Shown here: piece after piece, positions 40,162-49,223 of the stretch
How positions within the stretch are numbered: the first letter of the stretch is position 1
Layout of the letters: each line of letters starts with the position of its first letter
From: a virus
Lineage: Duplodnaviria; Caudoviricetes
Length of the DNA: 64,000 nt
Reading direction: 5' to 3' (one strand)
Virus record (IMG/VR): IMGVR_UViG_3300020576_005257
Coordinates: 1-64,000 of that record
The notes under the pieces: generated by a model
Seen by the model: only the letters and a program-made list of their open reading frames with translations
Told to the model about the DNA's origin: nothing
Databases searched by the model: none
Translations under genes and position numbers: made by a program

Positions 40162-40531
40162 AAAACCAATGTGTGTTAATTAATAGATATTTAAAGCAAC
40201 AGAAAAAAAAAGGAATTACTTTAGATCTTTTTAAAGTACAAACAATTCCTGTTAAATTGTCTAAGGAACAAATATCTAAAGATAAGAAAAAAGAATATTA
40301 TTGGGATGACTTTGATTGTACTCTCCAATGTGAAGATTATTATAAAAGCTAAGTAATCTACCAAAACTATGAAATATCCTTATAGTGGCCTACTAATTGC
40401 TCAAGAAGCACCAGATTTTAACGATCCTCAGTACCAAAGACTCCAGGATATATTAAATAAAGTTTCTTTTCTTGAGACTTTTACAATACAAAAAATTACC
40501 AAAATGGGTGCAGCACCTAAAGTGTTAGCAC

Positions 40532-41212
40532 ATGGCAAGGGAAAAACTAATGCATAAATCTTATTGTGGACTAGTCTTAAAGTCTTGGCCTGATTTAGAA
40601 GAAACAGACGAACTTCAACGTTTGAGGGATCTTGTCAAACGTTTATCTAATATTGATCATTTTATTATTGAGGAAGCTATTTTATTAGCTGGACAGTATC
40701 AAAGAAAACGCCCTTTGTGGTATACCAAGCATACTTTAGTTAATACTAAAGGAGTAAAAGAAAGCTTACTTAGAACTGTATCCAAAAATTTTCAACAAGA
40801 TTCTAGTTATTATGGTGACTTGTTTAATTTTAATGAAAAAGGTTCAAAAGTCAGTGCTATGTATTTTGGTAAAGTTTACTCTTTAACATCAATGTATAGC
40901 TCAATTTTTGTTGTAACTAGAAAAAACTATTTAGAGTTTATTGCTGCTGTTGGTTCTCCAAATATCGAAGAAGTAGAGCGGCTTGTACCTGATTTTGAGT
41001 TCCTTCCAATTGATCAATCTTGGTGTTTATTGGCTCCAGGATTTAGTGCTGTGGATGAGCATGTTGCTATGTCACCAATATTATGTCCTATATCATTAGA
41101 AACATTTATTTATACTTATTATTTACAACAACAAATGAGATACAGCGGTAATAATCTTGTTAAAAAAGGAGTTATTTATGCAGATGCTAAAAATAGAGAA
41201 AGAATCGGTTAA
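40532..41212 (+). CDS. conserved-Cys paralog family, member 3
   Basis: YFGKVY..NYLEF..EFLPIDQSWC..SP. Confidence 0.7.
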   Translation: MAREKLMHKSYCGLVLKSWPDLEETDELQRLRDLVKRLSNIDHFIIEEAILLAGQYQRKRPLWYTKHTLVNTKGVKESLLRTVSKNFQQDSSYYGDLFNFNEKGSKVSAMYFGKVYSLTSMYSSIFVVTRKNYLEFIAAVGSPNIEEVERLVPDFEFLPIDQSWCLLAPGFSAVDEHVAMSPILCPISLETFIYTYYLQQQMRYSGNNLVKKGVIYADAKNRERIG

Positions 41213-41960
41213 AACGGAACTAACACAAGAAAATAAATCTGTAAGAACTCCAGTTCCTAACCCTAAACTTAGAGCTTACTCGGGAGTAAATTTAGATCAC
41301 ATACTTTTAGAATCTCCAACTTCTAAATTTGAAGAAGAAATTTTTAATACTTTGAAAAGATTTCCTCATACTGGAGATTATAAAGTTTATAAATGTCTTT
41401 CTGTTGTATATCAGAATTATTATTATGATACTTTCAAAAATTTTACTAATATTACCTTAATACCTTGTAAAGTAGCATTATTACCGAAAGATGTTACTAT
41501 AGATTCTTTTAAACAATCTTCTTCTTTATATTTTGCTCCTGGTTCGTTTAAAAGAAAAAAAATAGATAAATCTAAATATATTCAACTTGGTCAATGTCAG
41601 TATCAAGATGGTGAAATTTATATAACTTACTTTGGAATTTCTTATTGTATAGAAATTAGATCTATGAAAATAATTCTAGCTTCTACTCAAGACTACTTAG
41701 AATTTTTAGAGGCTATTGGTTGTATTAATTTGAATCTTGAAAAAGAGACTTTGGTTAAAGAATCTATCCAAGTAATTGGATCCTCATTTTGTAATGTAAT
41801 AGATGGAGAAGGTGCTCATATTTTTACAACACCTTTAACTAACCCAACACCATTTTTTACTTATTTGTGTACTACTTTACTTGGCCATCTAACACACTAT
41901 CTACGAGTAAAAGATATTGCTAAGCCTTTAGACTCTAGATTCAAATCAAATGTTGAATAA
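41157..41960 (+). CDS. conserved-Cys paralog family, member 4
   Basis: YFGISY..DYLEF..IQVIGSSFC..P..YLCTT. Confidence 0.7.
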   Translation: MLKKELFMQMLKIEKESVKTELTQENKSVRTPVPNPKLRAYSGVNLDHILLESPTSKFEEEIFNTLKRFPHTGDYKVYKCLSVVYQNYYYDTFKNFTNITLIPCKVALLPKDVTIDSFKQSSSLYFAPGSFKRKKIDKSKYIQLGQCQYQDGEIYITYFGISYCIEIRSMKIILASTQDYLEFLEAIGCINLNLEKETLVKESIQVIGSSFCNVIDGEGAHIFTTPLTNPTPFFTYLCTTLLGHLTHYLRVKDIAKPLDSRFKSNVE

Positions 41961-41963
41961 AAA

Positions 41964-42917
41964 ATGAAACCTCCTCTTACTTATCATACTCAATTAGTTT
42001 TCTTTCCTCAACAAGGTGAAAACTTAACACCTAAAGAAATTCACTTAGGAGAATTTCTAACAAATCCTGGTCATTTTGCAAATCATAAGTTTTCATTTGC
42101 AGTTAACAAAGATGGAATTCTTTATTCTTTTGATGAAGTTTTAAAATATGCTTTAAAATCTAATGAAGAACTTGTTGAGGCAGTATTTAGTCGTGGTTCT
42201 TTGTCTCCTTATCCTAATGTTTATTTTTCTTCTTTACCTATAGAAGAACTAAGAAAAGAGATTACTTTTCAATTACCAGTCCAAACGTATGATTATTTTG
42301 ATGCTCTTAAAGTAAGAAATATTAAAGAAACATTTATTGAAAATTCAGCTGAAGACTTTCTCAAAAGTTTTTCTCATCTTCCCCATTTACAACAACTTTC
42401 TATGAAAGCTTTTCCTGTTGAAGTTAGGCAGGAAGTTTACAATACTAAGTATCATTATAAACTAGGTTGTCCTTCTACATTTAAATTTAAACACGGAGAA
42501 AAATCATTCCAAAGTTTTTCCAAATATAAGCTAAATAAAGCCGCCCACAAACTTCTTCTTCCAGATAAATTTTCTACTTCTTATTTAGGCCCAGCTTACT
42601 TTGTTTCTTTTGGTGATTTAAATCTATATATAGTTGTAGCTAAAAAATCTGATTATCTTAAGTTTCTTAAGTGGCATATTTCTAAGTTTAAGTTTTGGAA
42701 CTATTCAAAGATTAAAAAGCAGTTACCTGCTGGGGACTATGTTCTTATTAGTACTTCTTTCTGTGAGAGATTTGATGATTGTAAAGATGGTTCACCACCA
42801 CTTCCACATCAAAGAAATATGACCTTAGATTTATTCCTTTCAACTACTCTTGTTATATACATTAAACAGAAGCTTAGATCTTCTCTGATGTTAACAGGAA
42901 TTGTTTTTTCTAAGTAA
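41964..42917 (+). CDS. conserved-Cys paralog family, member 5
   Basis: YLGPAY..DYLKF..DYVLISTSFCER..PHQ..FLSTT. Confidence 0.7.
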   Translation: MKPPLTYHTQLVFFPQQGENLTPKEIHLGEFLTNPGHFANHKFSFAVNKDGILYSFDEVLKYALKSNEELVEAVFSRGSLSPYPNVYFSSLPIEELRKEITFQLPVQTYDYFDALKVRNIKETFIENSAEDFLKSFSHLPHLQQLSMKAFPVEVRQEVYNTKYHYKLGCPSTFKFKHGEKSFQSFSKYKLNKAAHKLLLPDKFSTSYLGPAYFVSFGDLNLYIVVAKKSDYLKFLKWHISKFKFWNYSKIKKQLPAGDYVLISTSFCERFDDCKDGSPPLPHQRNMTLDLFLSTTLVIYIKQKLRSSLMLTGIVFSK

Positions 42918-42934
42918 AGTTATTTTTTTTCCAT

Positions 42935-42951
42935 TAAAAACCTATTATGGT
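42935..42951 (+). promoter_or_regulatory. TAAAAAC-N4-TATGGT motif, with a second variant copy near 42970
   Basis: TAAAAAC-CTAT-TATGGT and AAAAGC-TTTA-TATGGT upstream of 43018. Confidence 0.5.
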
Positions 42952-43017
42952 TAGGAAACCTTTAGGCTAAAAAAGCTTTATATGGTTTAATTACCAACTA
43001 GTTAAATAGGCAAACGT

Positions 43018-43512
43018 ATGGAAAATGTCAATAAAGTCACAACCCTTCTCTCCAACAAGTCGTTGAATGAAGGAACCACCGTTATCCTGTCCCTCTCCAA
43101 CAATGGAGACGGCGGAAAGCGAATTTCTGTCAATGAGAACTTGACTCTTGGTGAGATTGGTGTAAACCCCCAAGGTGGAGCAGCTGCTGAGCCTTCATTC
43201 GCTGATGTGCAGCTTCGAGTTGCTCAAATCAGTGCTGGTGCTGGTACTCCTGATTCTAAGGCTACGGCTATTAGAGCAGAAATGGATAGCTACCAAGCTC
43301 AGGTCGCTCAGTTCAAGCAAGCTGGCGGTCAGAACATCACTGATCGAGTCATGCAGGGAGTCTGCAACTGGCTCGTTGCTAACAAGGGTTTCACTACTGC
43401 TGATGAAGCTGGTAAGCCGAGAATCTCGGCTGCTGATCTTCAAGTTACCGCTATCCAGACTCAGGGTGGCGAAATGGTGTTCAACGTCGTCGGTTCGTCT
43501 GTCTGGGGTTAA
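43018..43512 (+). CDS. putative ubiquitin-like (beta-grasp) protein with helical insert, C-terminal Gly
   Basis: TVILSL..KRISVNENLTLGEI (beta-beta-alpha start), GGEMVFNVVGSSVWG-stop; GC-richer codon usage suggesting high expression; two genes upstream of ThiF. Confidence 0.45.
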   Translation: MENVNKVTTLLSNKSLNEGTTVILSLSNNGDGGKRISVNENLTLGEIGVNPQGGAAAEPSFADVQLRVAQISAGAGTPDSKATAIRAEMDSYQAQVAQFKQAGGQNITDRVMQGVCNWLVANKGFTTADEAGKPRISAADLQVTAIQTQGGEMVFNVVGSSVWG

Positions 43513-43526
43513 TCTCCTTTCATGAC

Positions 43527-43675
43527 GACCCTTCGGGGTTTGGGTATAACTAATCTTCTCGTATAGGTAGATGCGAGTTGCCGAAAAAAGAAGTTTAAAG
43601 TCACATTATCAGTGGTTGGTGTGACTACTTCTTTATCATTGTAGTGCTACCGCTAGCAATAGTGGTAGCCTACAA
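43527..43675 (+). ncRNA. multi-hairpin structured intergenic element
   Basis: GACCC-TTCG-GGGTT; AAAGAAGT..AGTCACA/TGTGACT-ACTTCTTT; TTGTAG-TGCTACCGCTA-GCAA-TAGTGGTAGC-CTACAA. Confidence 0.55.
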
Positions 43676-43707
43676 CTTTACAATTTATTTCTTAAAAACT
43701 AATTCTC

Positions 43708-45156
43708 ATGGATAACATTAAAGCATGGCTTAAAAAACATGGTATTGAATCTCATTATGCTCTAGGCCTTAGTGTTCTAGACTTAGCTCTTCTTACAATA
43801 CCAGCTGAAGGTGAAGCTGTTCTCAGCCGGAAATATTCTTCTCAGTCTAAAGCTATAAATCAAAATAGTAACTTTATTATTAAGAACAAAGTTATTTCTA
43901 CTGGAAAGATTGGTAAGAAGTTGGATAAGCCTTCTCAGTATGATGGTATTGATAGTTATATTGTTGACTTGAAACCATACAAAACCTTAGAAGAATTCCC
44001 AGTTGATGAAGATGGTTTGTTAGCTATTCCTAGTTTTATTCAAGAGTTACAATCTGGAAAACATCCTTTTTCTTTTCTGCTTAAACCTGATGGAACACCG
44101 CAAAATAATATTATAATTAATTTTTACAATCTTATTAGTTCTTACGCTTTAAATCCTCTAAGTTCTGAAAATAAAGAAATTGTTCCTTCTTTAACTGAAC
44201 ATGGATCTCAGTTTAAATTCAGGTTTCGCCCAGTACTTAAAACTACACAACTATTGATTACTGATACTGAATGGTATCAAAATATTGTGCATAATTTAGA
44301 AGTTTTAAGTCAAATTCTTCCTTATTCTAGATCTAGAGACTATTTAGCGGCTTTATGGAACTATCCTGAATATGTCAAAACTTCTACTGCCTCAGCCGAA
44401 ACTGAATATAACAAAAAACATCAATTCAGTCTTGAAGAGTTATATAAAGCTGTAGAAACTTCACACTACAAACAACGTAGTGGTTTTAATGCTGATAGAG
44501 CTTCTTATATAGAAGTTAATACTCCAGTTGAAGAGATTGAAAAGATGAAAGAACAGGTTCTACATCATTGTAGATTTATTCCTAATCTGGAAATTAAGGA
44601 TCTTAGAAAGATCAGCTTAGTTTATAACTCTGATGGTGATTTTGCTAATACAGCTGATGCAGTAAATCATCCTAAAACTAAGAGAGATATTGTTTGGTCA
44701 GCTAAAGAAGGTTACCATGTTGTTCCAGTAAATAAAGACTTAGGTCCGCAATGGGGTAGACCAGTAATCTATGTCGGGGAAGCTTGGAGAATTTACTTCA
44801 CAATTGGAGGTGTTGATTATTTACAAAATAACTTTGTTAACTTCGTCACTCCTGAACAATTCCTTGATTGTTATACCAAATTACGACCTGATCTTATTGA
44901 AGAAGGTTGGAAGCCATGGTCAGATTTAATTTTCATTTCAACTGATTGGTGTGAAAGAAATGGTGCTAGAGTTAAACAAACTACTGGTGCTATTGATTTA
45001 CAATCACCCCATCAAAAGAGAATTGCCTTGTGGCAATGGATTATTGGACCACTTGCAGGTAAATGTTTACAAAATGGAAAACCAATAACATCTTTGGGTC
45101 TTCAAGTAGTAAATGGTGCTGATCATAGTTCTCGTCTTAAGAAAATGATATATTAA
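43708..45156 (+). CDS. conserved-Cys paralog family, member 6 (longest; adjacent to ThiF)
   Basis: YVGEAWRIYF..QFLD..DLIFISTDWCER..SPHQ. Confidence 0.75.
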   Translation: MDNIKAWLKKHGIESHYALGLSVLDLALLTIPAEGEAVLSRKYSSQSKAINQNSNFIIKNKVISTGKIGKKLDKPSQYDGIDSYIVDLKPYKTLEEFPVDEDGLLAIPSFIQELQSGKHPFSFLLKPDGTPQNNIIINFYNLISSYALNPLSSENKEIVPSLTEHGSQFKFRFRPVLKTTQLLITDTEWYQNIVHNLEVLSQILPYSRSRDYLAALWNYPEYVKTSTASAETEYNKKHQFSLEELYKAVETSHYKQRSGFNADRASYIEVNTPVEEIEKMKEQVLHHCRFIPNLEIKDLRKISLVYNSDGDFANTADAVNHPKTKRDIVWSAKEGYHVVPVNKDLGPQWGRPVIYVGEAWRIYFTIGGVDYLQNNFVNFVTPEQFLDCYTKLRPDLIEEGWKPWSDLIFISTDWCERNGARVKQTTGAIDLQSPHQKRIALWQWIIGPLAGKCLQNGKPITSLGLQVVNGADHSSRLKKMIY

Positions 45157-45213
45157 AAAATCACGTTGGGTGTAAAAACCTATCTACCGTAAATTAGGAA
45201 AAAAATAAACCAC

Positions 45214-45999
45214 ATGTATAACTTCCACTTAGTAGGAGCCGGGTCACTAGGTAGTGGCATCGCAATTGAAATCTCTCGCCGTCTTGCAGCTCTAACATGG
45301 CCAGCAAAGCTTGTTATTTACGATGATGATACAGTTGAAGAACGGAATATCTTCTCTCAAGATTTTCTTCCTTCTGACATTGGTAAAGCTAAAGCAGAAG
45401 CAGTAGCTGAGAAATGTGCTCAATACAACTTTGTGGAAGTTGAGTGGCAAAAGGTCCGAGTTGTTGAAGATAATATCAACAAGATTATGGAACTTGATCC
45501 ATTATCAATTATTATTGATGCAGTAGATAATATTGAAGCTCGCCACTTGCTTTGGTACCACACCCTTGCTACAGGTGTTCCTGTTATGCATATGGGAATG
45601 ACCCCAGAAGGAGCTGGTTTAATCAGTTGGACTTGTGAAACACATCATGATAGTTTCAATTTAAGTCCTATGAATATGACTGCTGAAAGTATTAAGCAGC
45701 TTACTTCTGCTCATGACAATAAAATGCCACCCTGCGAATTAAATGGTTTTAGATCTTTGATTTTGAATACCGTACTAGCAGGAGTAAATTCGTTATTTAT
45801 TGCTATTGGTAAAGATTCTTTAAAAGAAATCCAAATTGATGGTGAGCTTCAGGAGTCTCCTGGCACTCTCACTACTTGGAATACTCACATGAGGGGATTT
45901 GAACTTAATCCTCAAATTACTGCTGTAGTGCCTTGGCCAAAGAGTGAAGAGGAACTCTTTATCCTAGAAGCTCAAAGAATGGCTTTAGCAAATGCATAA
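45214..45999 (+). CDS. ThiF/MoeB/E1-family adenylyltransferase
   Basis: LVGAGSLGS, YDDDTVEERNIFSQ, GKAKA, IIDAVDNIEAR; candidate catalytic Cys in MPPCE; no CxxC Zn pairs. Confidence 0.9.
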   Translation: MYNFHLVGAGSLGSGIAIEISRRLAALTWPAKLVIYDDDTVEERNIFSQDFLPSDIGKAKAEAVAEKCAQYNFVEVEWQKVRVVEDNINKIMELDPLSIIIDAVDNIEARHLLWYHTLATGVPVMHMGMTPEGAGLISWTCETHHDSFNLSPMNMTAESIKQLTSAHDNKMPPCELNGFRSLILNTVLAGVNSLFIAIGKDSLKEIQIDGELQESPGTLTTWNTHMRGFELNPQITAVVPWPKSEEELFILEAQRMALANA

Positions 46000-48574
46000 T
46001 ATTGATCCACGGTTAGTAACTGATTTAGTTGCAGCTGTAAAACATAACTACGAACATAGAGGCTTACCCATGGCAAAAAAAGAAAATACAACTACTGAAC
46101 AAGTTATTGATAACACAGAGGAAAAAGTAATTATTCCTCCTGGGGATCAAGAAGCTGATACTCAAGAAGAAGTAGCCGTTGCTACTATTGATAAGAAGAA
46201 GGAAGAAGATTTAGGTGAAGTTTTTCCAAACGAAACTAATGTTTTAGTTGTTAGTCCTGGTTTAACTGATAAACATAAGTCTTGTCCATTTGGTGTAGTG
46301 AAATCTCATCACTATACTAATAATGGCGCATATCCTCCAGCCCTCCGGTATAAAATTTCATTCTTCCAGAACGAAGTTGAAGATTTAGTCGAATTTTTTG
46401 CGACTGAAGTTTATGACTTACAACGTATTCTTTCTGAAGATGTTCAAGTAGGGGATACTGCTTATCATAAACAGTCTGGAAAAGTTCTGAATATTACTCG
46501 TGTTACTGTAATTAACAATGAGGATAGAGCATTTGGTTGGTGGCGAGATGGAGTTACTGAAAAGTGTGAACATGTTTCAGTAAAAGATCTTTATCCACTT
46601 ATCAATTCCTTTACTGATCTTACTCAAAGAGGAAAAGTTCAACAAAGTGCTAAAGCTCCTAATACTTCAGCTTTGTTTACTTTGAACAACTCTAGTCCAT
46701 CTAAGGATTCAAGTAGTCAGAGTAGAATTGGTTATGGTGGAAGTTCTTCTAGTTCTGGTTCTGCATACTCTAGTACTAAAACTGGAATTCCAGTTATTGA
46801 TAATCATACTACTAGTAAAGATCCTATCTTAGTTGAAATCGTAGGTGGCGGTAAGTTTACTATTCAACTTACTCCTAAAGAACTTTTAAATGCAACAAAG
46901 GTTCTTGACTTTGAAATCATTGAATGCGGGGGAGATGATAATGTCTCTAAAGATGTTGTCAAACTTATCCTACCATTAGAACGGGCTAGATTTAGTAAAA
47001 CTACCAAAGAGGTACTTTGCTGTGCTTTTGATGCAACTAACGAGTATATGCAAACTATGGGCTTTGGTAAGCTTGGTTTTGCCGCACGAACTTGGTATAA
47101 AGCTCATCCTAAAACAGTCAGTAGTGGCCTACCAGCAGCGTTTACATTTAGTACTCTAAATGAACTAGTTGCTCCTTATGGCTTAGGTATTAGCCGAATC
47201 TTTATCAAGAAGGGGCTAGCTGCTTGGGAAGATACTAAAGCTTGGGAAGAGATTCTCGGAGTTAATCCTGCTGCATCTATGGATAAAACAGTATCTAACG
47301 CTGATTTTATTGATATGATGGGTGGGCCAGAAATGGCAGCTATGGCTGGTTATAATGTTAATGACTGGAGGTTGGAGTATGTAGATAATGTTCCTTCCGA
47401 TATTCCAAGAGTCGGTATGGCTGGTGCTAGTGGTGGATTTGCTTCTGGTGGGGGTCATGCTAGTTTCTACGAGCCCCGTCAACCCATGACAAATTGGACG
47501 ATGGCCTTACAATACGACAGGATTGAAAACTGCAATTGGAAAGGAGTTCCTCCAGTATTTGAATATGCTGATGGAGATTTTGTTCTGAATCTTGATATTG
47601 CTGAATGTCTTGATGTCAATGGAAAGAGACTCAAAGTTTCTGTCTATGACAATATGTCTATTGGACCAGATCCTAAAATTGGTTATTGGTGGGATCCTCC
47701 AACCTACAAAAGCTACACCCCGGCATCAAGCTCACATGGCGGGGGTCAGTCTCACTACAACTATGAAGAGTTTATGGGGAGCGACACAGAGCGTCCTAAA
47801 GGATCTCTTCCTTTAGGTGTGGAAAAAAAAAATCTAATAGACAAGAAAGGAAACTCCTCAGGGAGCAGCGGCGGATCAATAGCAGGAAACAGGAAGCTGA
47901 GCGAATGGATATCAAGCCGCAGCGACGAGGCAGAAGGTGTCGCAAGAATTCTCGCTAGTTTGACCCCTGGTGCTGATGAGGAACTGTCTATAATTCAAAA
48001 TGCTCTTTCTTATGACTCTATAAAAAAGATTGTTAAAACTCCTGATAAGCAGCCATTTTGGAAACACTCCAAAATGGCCCTTAAAAGGACATCTATTATC
48101 AATGCTGTAAAGTCAAGAAATAATCCTCAACTTGAATACATAGGATTGTTTACAGCTGCACTTGGTTATAATTTAGATTCATCAATTGATTGGGAATACT
48201 CTGATTTTCATTATGAGAAAAGAAAAGTTGACGTAATTGTTGATAAATTACTAATTGCATCTAAAAAGTTTGAATTTATTCAATGGTTTGATCTTTTAGT
48301 TGAATCTGATATTAACTCTGGTATAACCATGATTCAAGAGTTGGAAGGTGGTCTTGTCACCTTCCTTGAACTTATTCAAGATGGTGCTACTAGAGCTTTA
48401 ACTGATGTTCAAATTGAAGAAATGTTTATGATTGATCTTGAACCAATCATGGCCCTTCTTCATAAAGCTACTGTAGTAGAAAGAGCTGTTGTTCTTCTAC
48501 GATTAGCAGAACAGGAACCAGAAGAGATTATACTTTTCATGTTAACTCTCTTCATTCTTTTTGCATACGTATAA
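45992..48574 (+). CDS. large multidomain protein with a possible papain/C39-like protease domain
   Basis: CCAFDATNEYMQTMG...SSGLP...LNELVAPYGLG...GGHASF; Ser/Gly-rich linkers. Confidence 0.5.
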   Translation: MHNIDPRLVTDLVAAVKHNYEHRGLPMAKKENTTTEQVIDNTEEKVIIPPGDQEADTQEEVAVATIDKKKEEDLGEVFPNETNVLVVSPGLTDKHKSCPFGVVKSHHYTNNGAYPPALRYKISFFQNEVEDLVEFFATEVYDLQRILSEDVQVGDTAYHKQSGKVLNITRVTVINNEDRAFGWWRDGVTEKCEHVSVKDLYPLINSFTDLTQRGKVQQSAKAPNTSALFTLNNSSPSKDSSSQSRIGYGGSSSSSGSAYSSTKTGIPVIDNHTTSKDPILVEIVGGGKFTIQLTPKELLNATKVLDFEIIECGGDDNVSKDVVKLILPLERARFSKTTKEVLCCAFDATNEYMQTMGFGKLGFAARTWYKAHPKTVSSGLPAAFTFSTLNELVAPYGLGISRIFIKKGLAAWEDTKAWEEILGVNPAASMDKTVSNADFIDMMGGPEMAAMAGYNVNDWRLEYVDNVPSDIPRVGMAGASGGFASGGGHASFYEPRQPMTNWTMALQYDRIENCNWKGVPPVFEYADGDFVLNLDIAECLDVNGKRLKVSVYDNMSIGPDPKIGYWWDPPTYKSYTPASSSHGGGQSHYNYEEFMGSDTERPKGSLPLGVEKKNLIDKKGNSSGSSGGSIAGNRKLSEWISSRSDEAEGVARILASLTPGADEELSIIQNALSYDSIKKIVKTPDKQPFWKHSKMALKRTSIINAVKSRNNPQLEYIGLFTAALGYNLDSSIDWEYSDFHYEKRKVDVIVDKLLIASKKFEFIQWFDLLVESDINSGITMIQELEGGLVTFLELIQDGATRALTDVQIEEMFMIDLEPIMALLHKATVVERAVVLLRLAEQEPEEIILFMLTLFILFAYV

Positions 48575-48587
48575 AAGAAAATAAAAA

Positions 48588-48619
48588 CCATAGTAGCTAG
48601 TATTTCCTAGCTACTATGG
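48588..48619. terminator. 13-bp stem hairpin after the 860-aa gene
   Basis: CCATAGTAGCTAG-TATTTC-CTAGCTACTATGG. Confidence 0.6.
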
Positions 48620-48758
48620 AGTATAATCTTTAAATGCAAATGTTACCTGTGGCTCTTCACTTATTAACTCGTGGTTTGTTAGCTTTAACAATTTTCCTTG
48701 AAAGTCATCTTTCTCAAAAAGGAAATTTTCCCAAAATTTGATTCTTAGTTTCTGATTT

Positions 48759-49223
48759 ATGAATCACTCTAAGATAGATTTAGAAATTCTATTAAAGATT
48801 TCTGAGATTACTGGGAAGAAGTTTTTCTCTCCCAATTCCTCCAGACTGGAAGAATGTAGAGATCAAATTTTTGATCACTTAATTGATCTTTATTTGGATA
48901 GTAAAAAAACTGGTTTTAAATTATCTGAGTCTTATTGTTGGAAGGTTGCTATAAATCAAGCTTGTACTTGTTATCGAAAGATTAATAAAAGATCTTTTGT
49001 AGGTAATCTAGATTACCTAGTTGCTTCGTATCCTACAGAAAACTCTCTACTTGATCAAATTCACTTATCTATCTTAGCTAATAGTAATGACATAGATGGT
49101 GAAATAATTAATTTGTTAGCTGAAGGATACAAAAGAAAAGAAATTTGTAAAGAATTGAAGATAGTACCAAGTACCCTTAATACTAGGATTGATAGGAATA
49201 GGGGTACAAAATGGAAACTATAA
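48759..49223 (+). CDS. sigma-factor-like protein (ECF-like, region 4 HTH)
   Basis: YCWKVAINQACTCYRK; LLAEGYKRKEICKELKIVPSTLNTRI. Confidence 0.7.
   Translation: MNHSKIDLEILLKISEITGKKFFSPNSSRLEECRDQIFDHLIDLYLDSKKTGFKLSESYCWKVAINQACTCYRKINKRSFVGNLDYLVASYPTENSLLDQIHLSILANSNDIDGEIINLLAEGYKRKEICKELKIVPSTLNTRIDRNRGTKWKL

Noticed and set aside
43520-43590. Hammerhead ribozyme (TGACGA...CGAAA)
   Set aside because: Core is ATGACGA rather than CTGANGA and GAAA does not follow the stem II candidate
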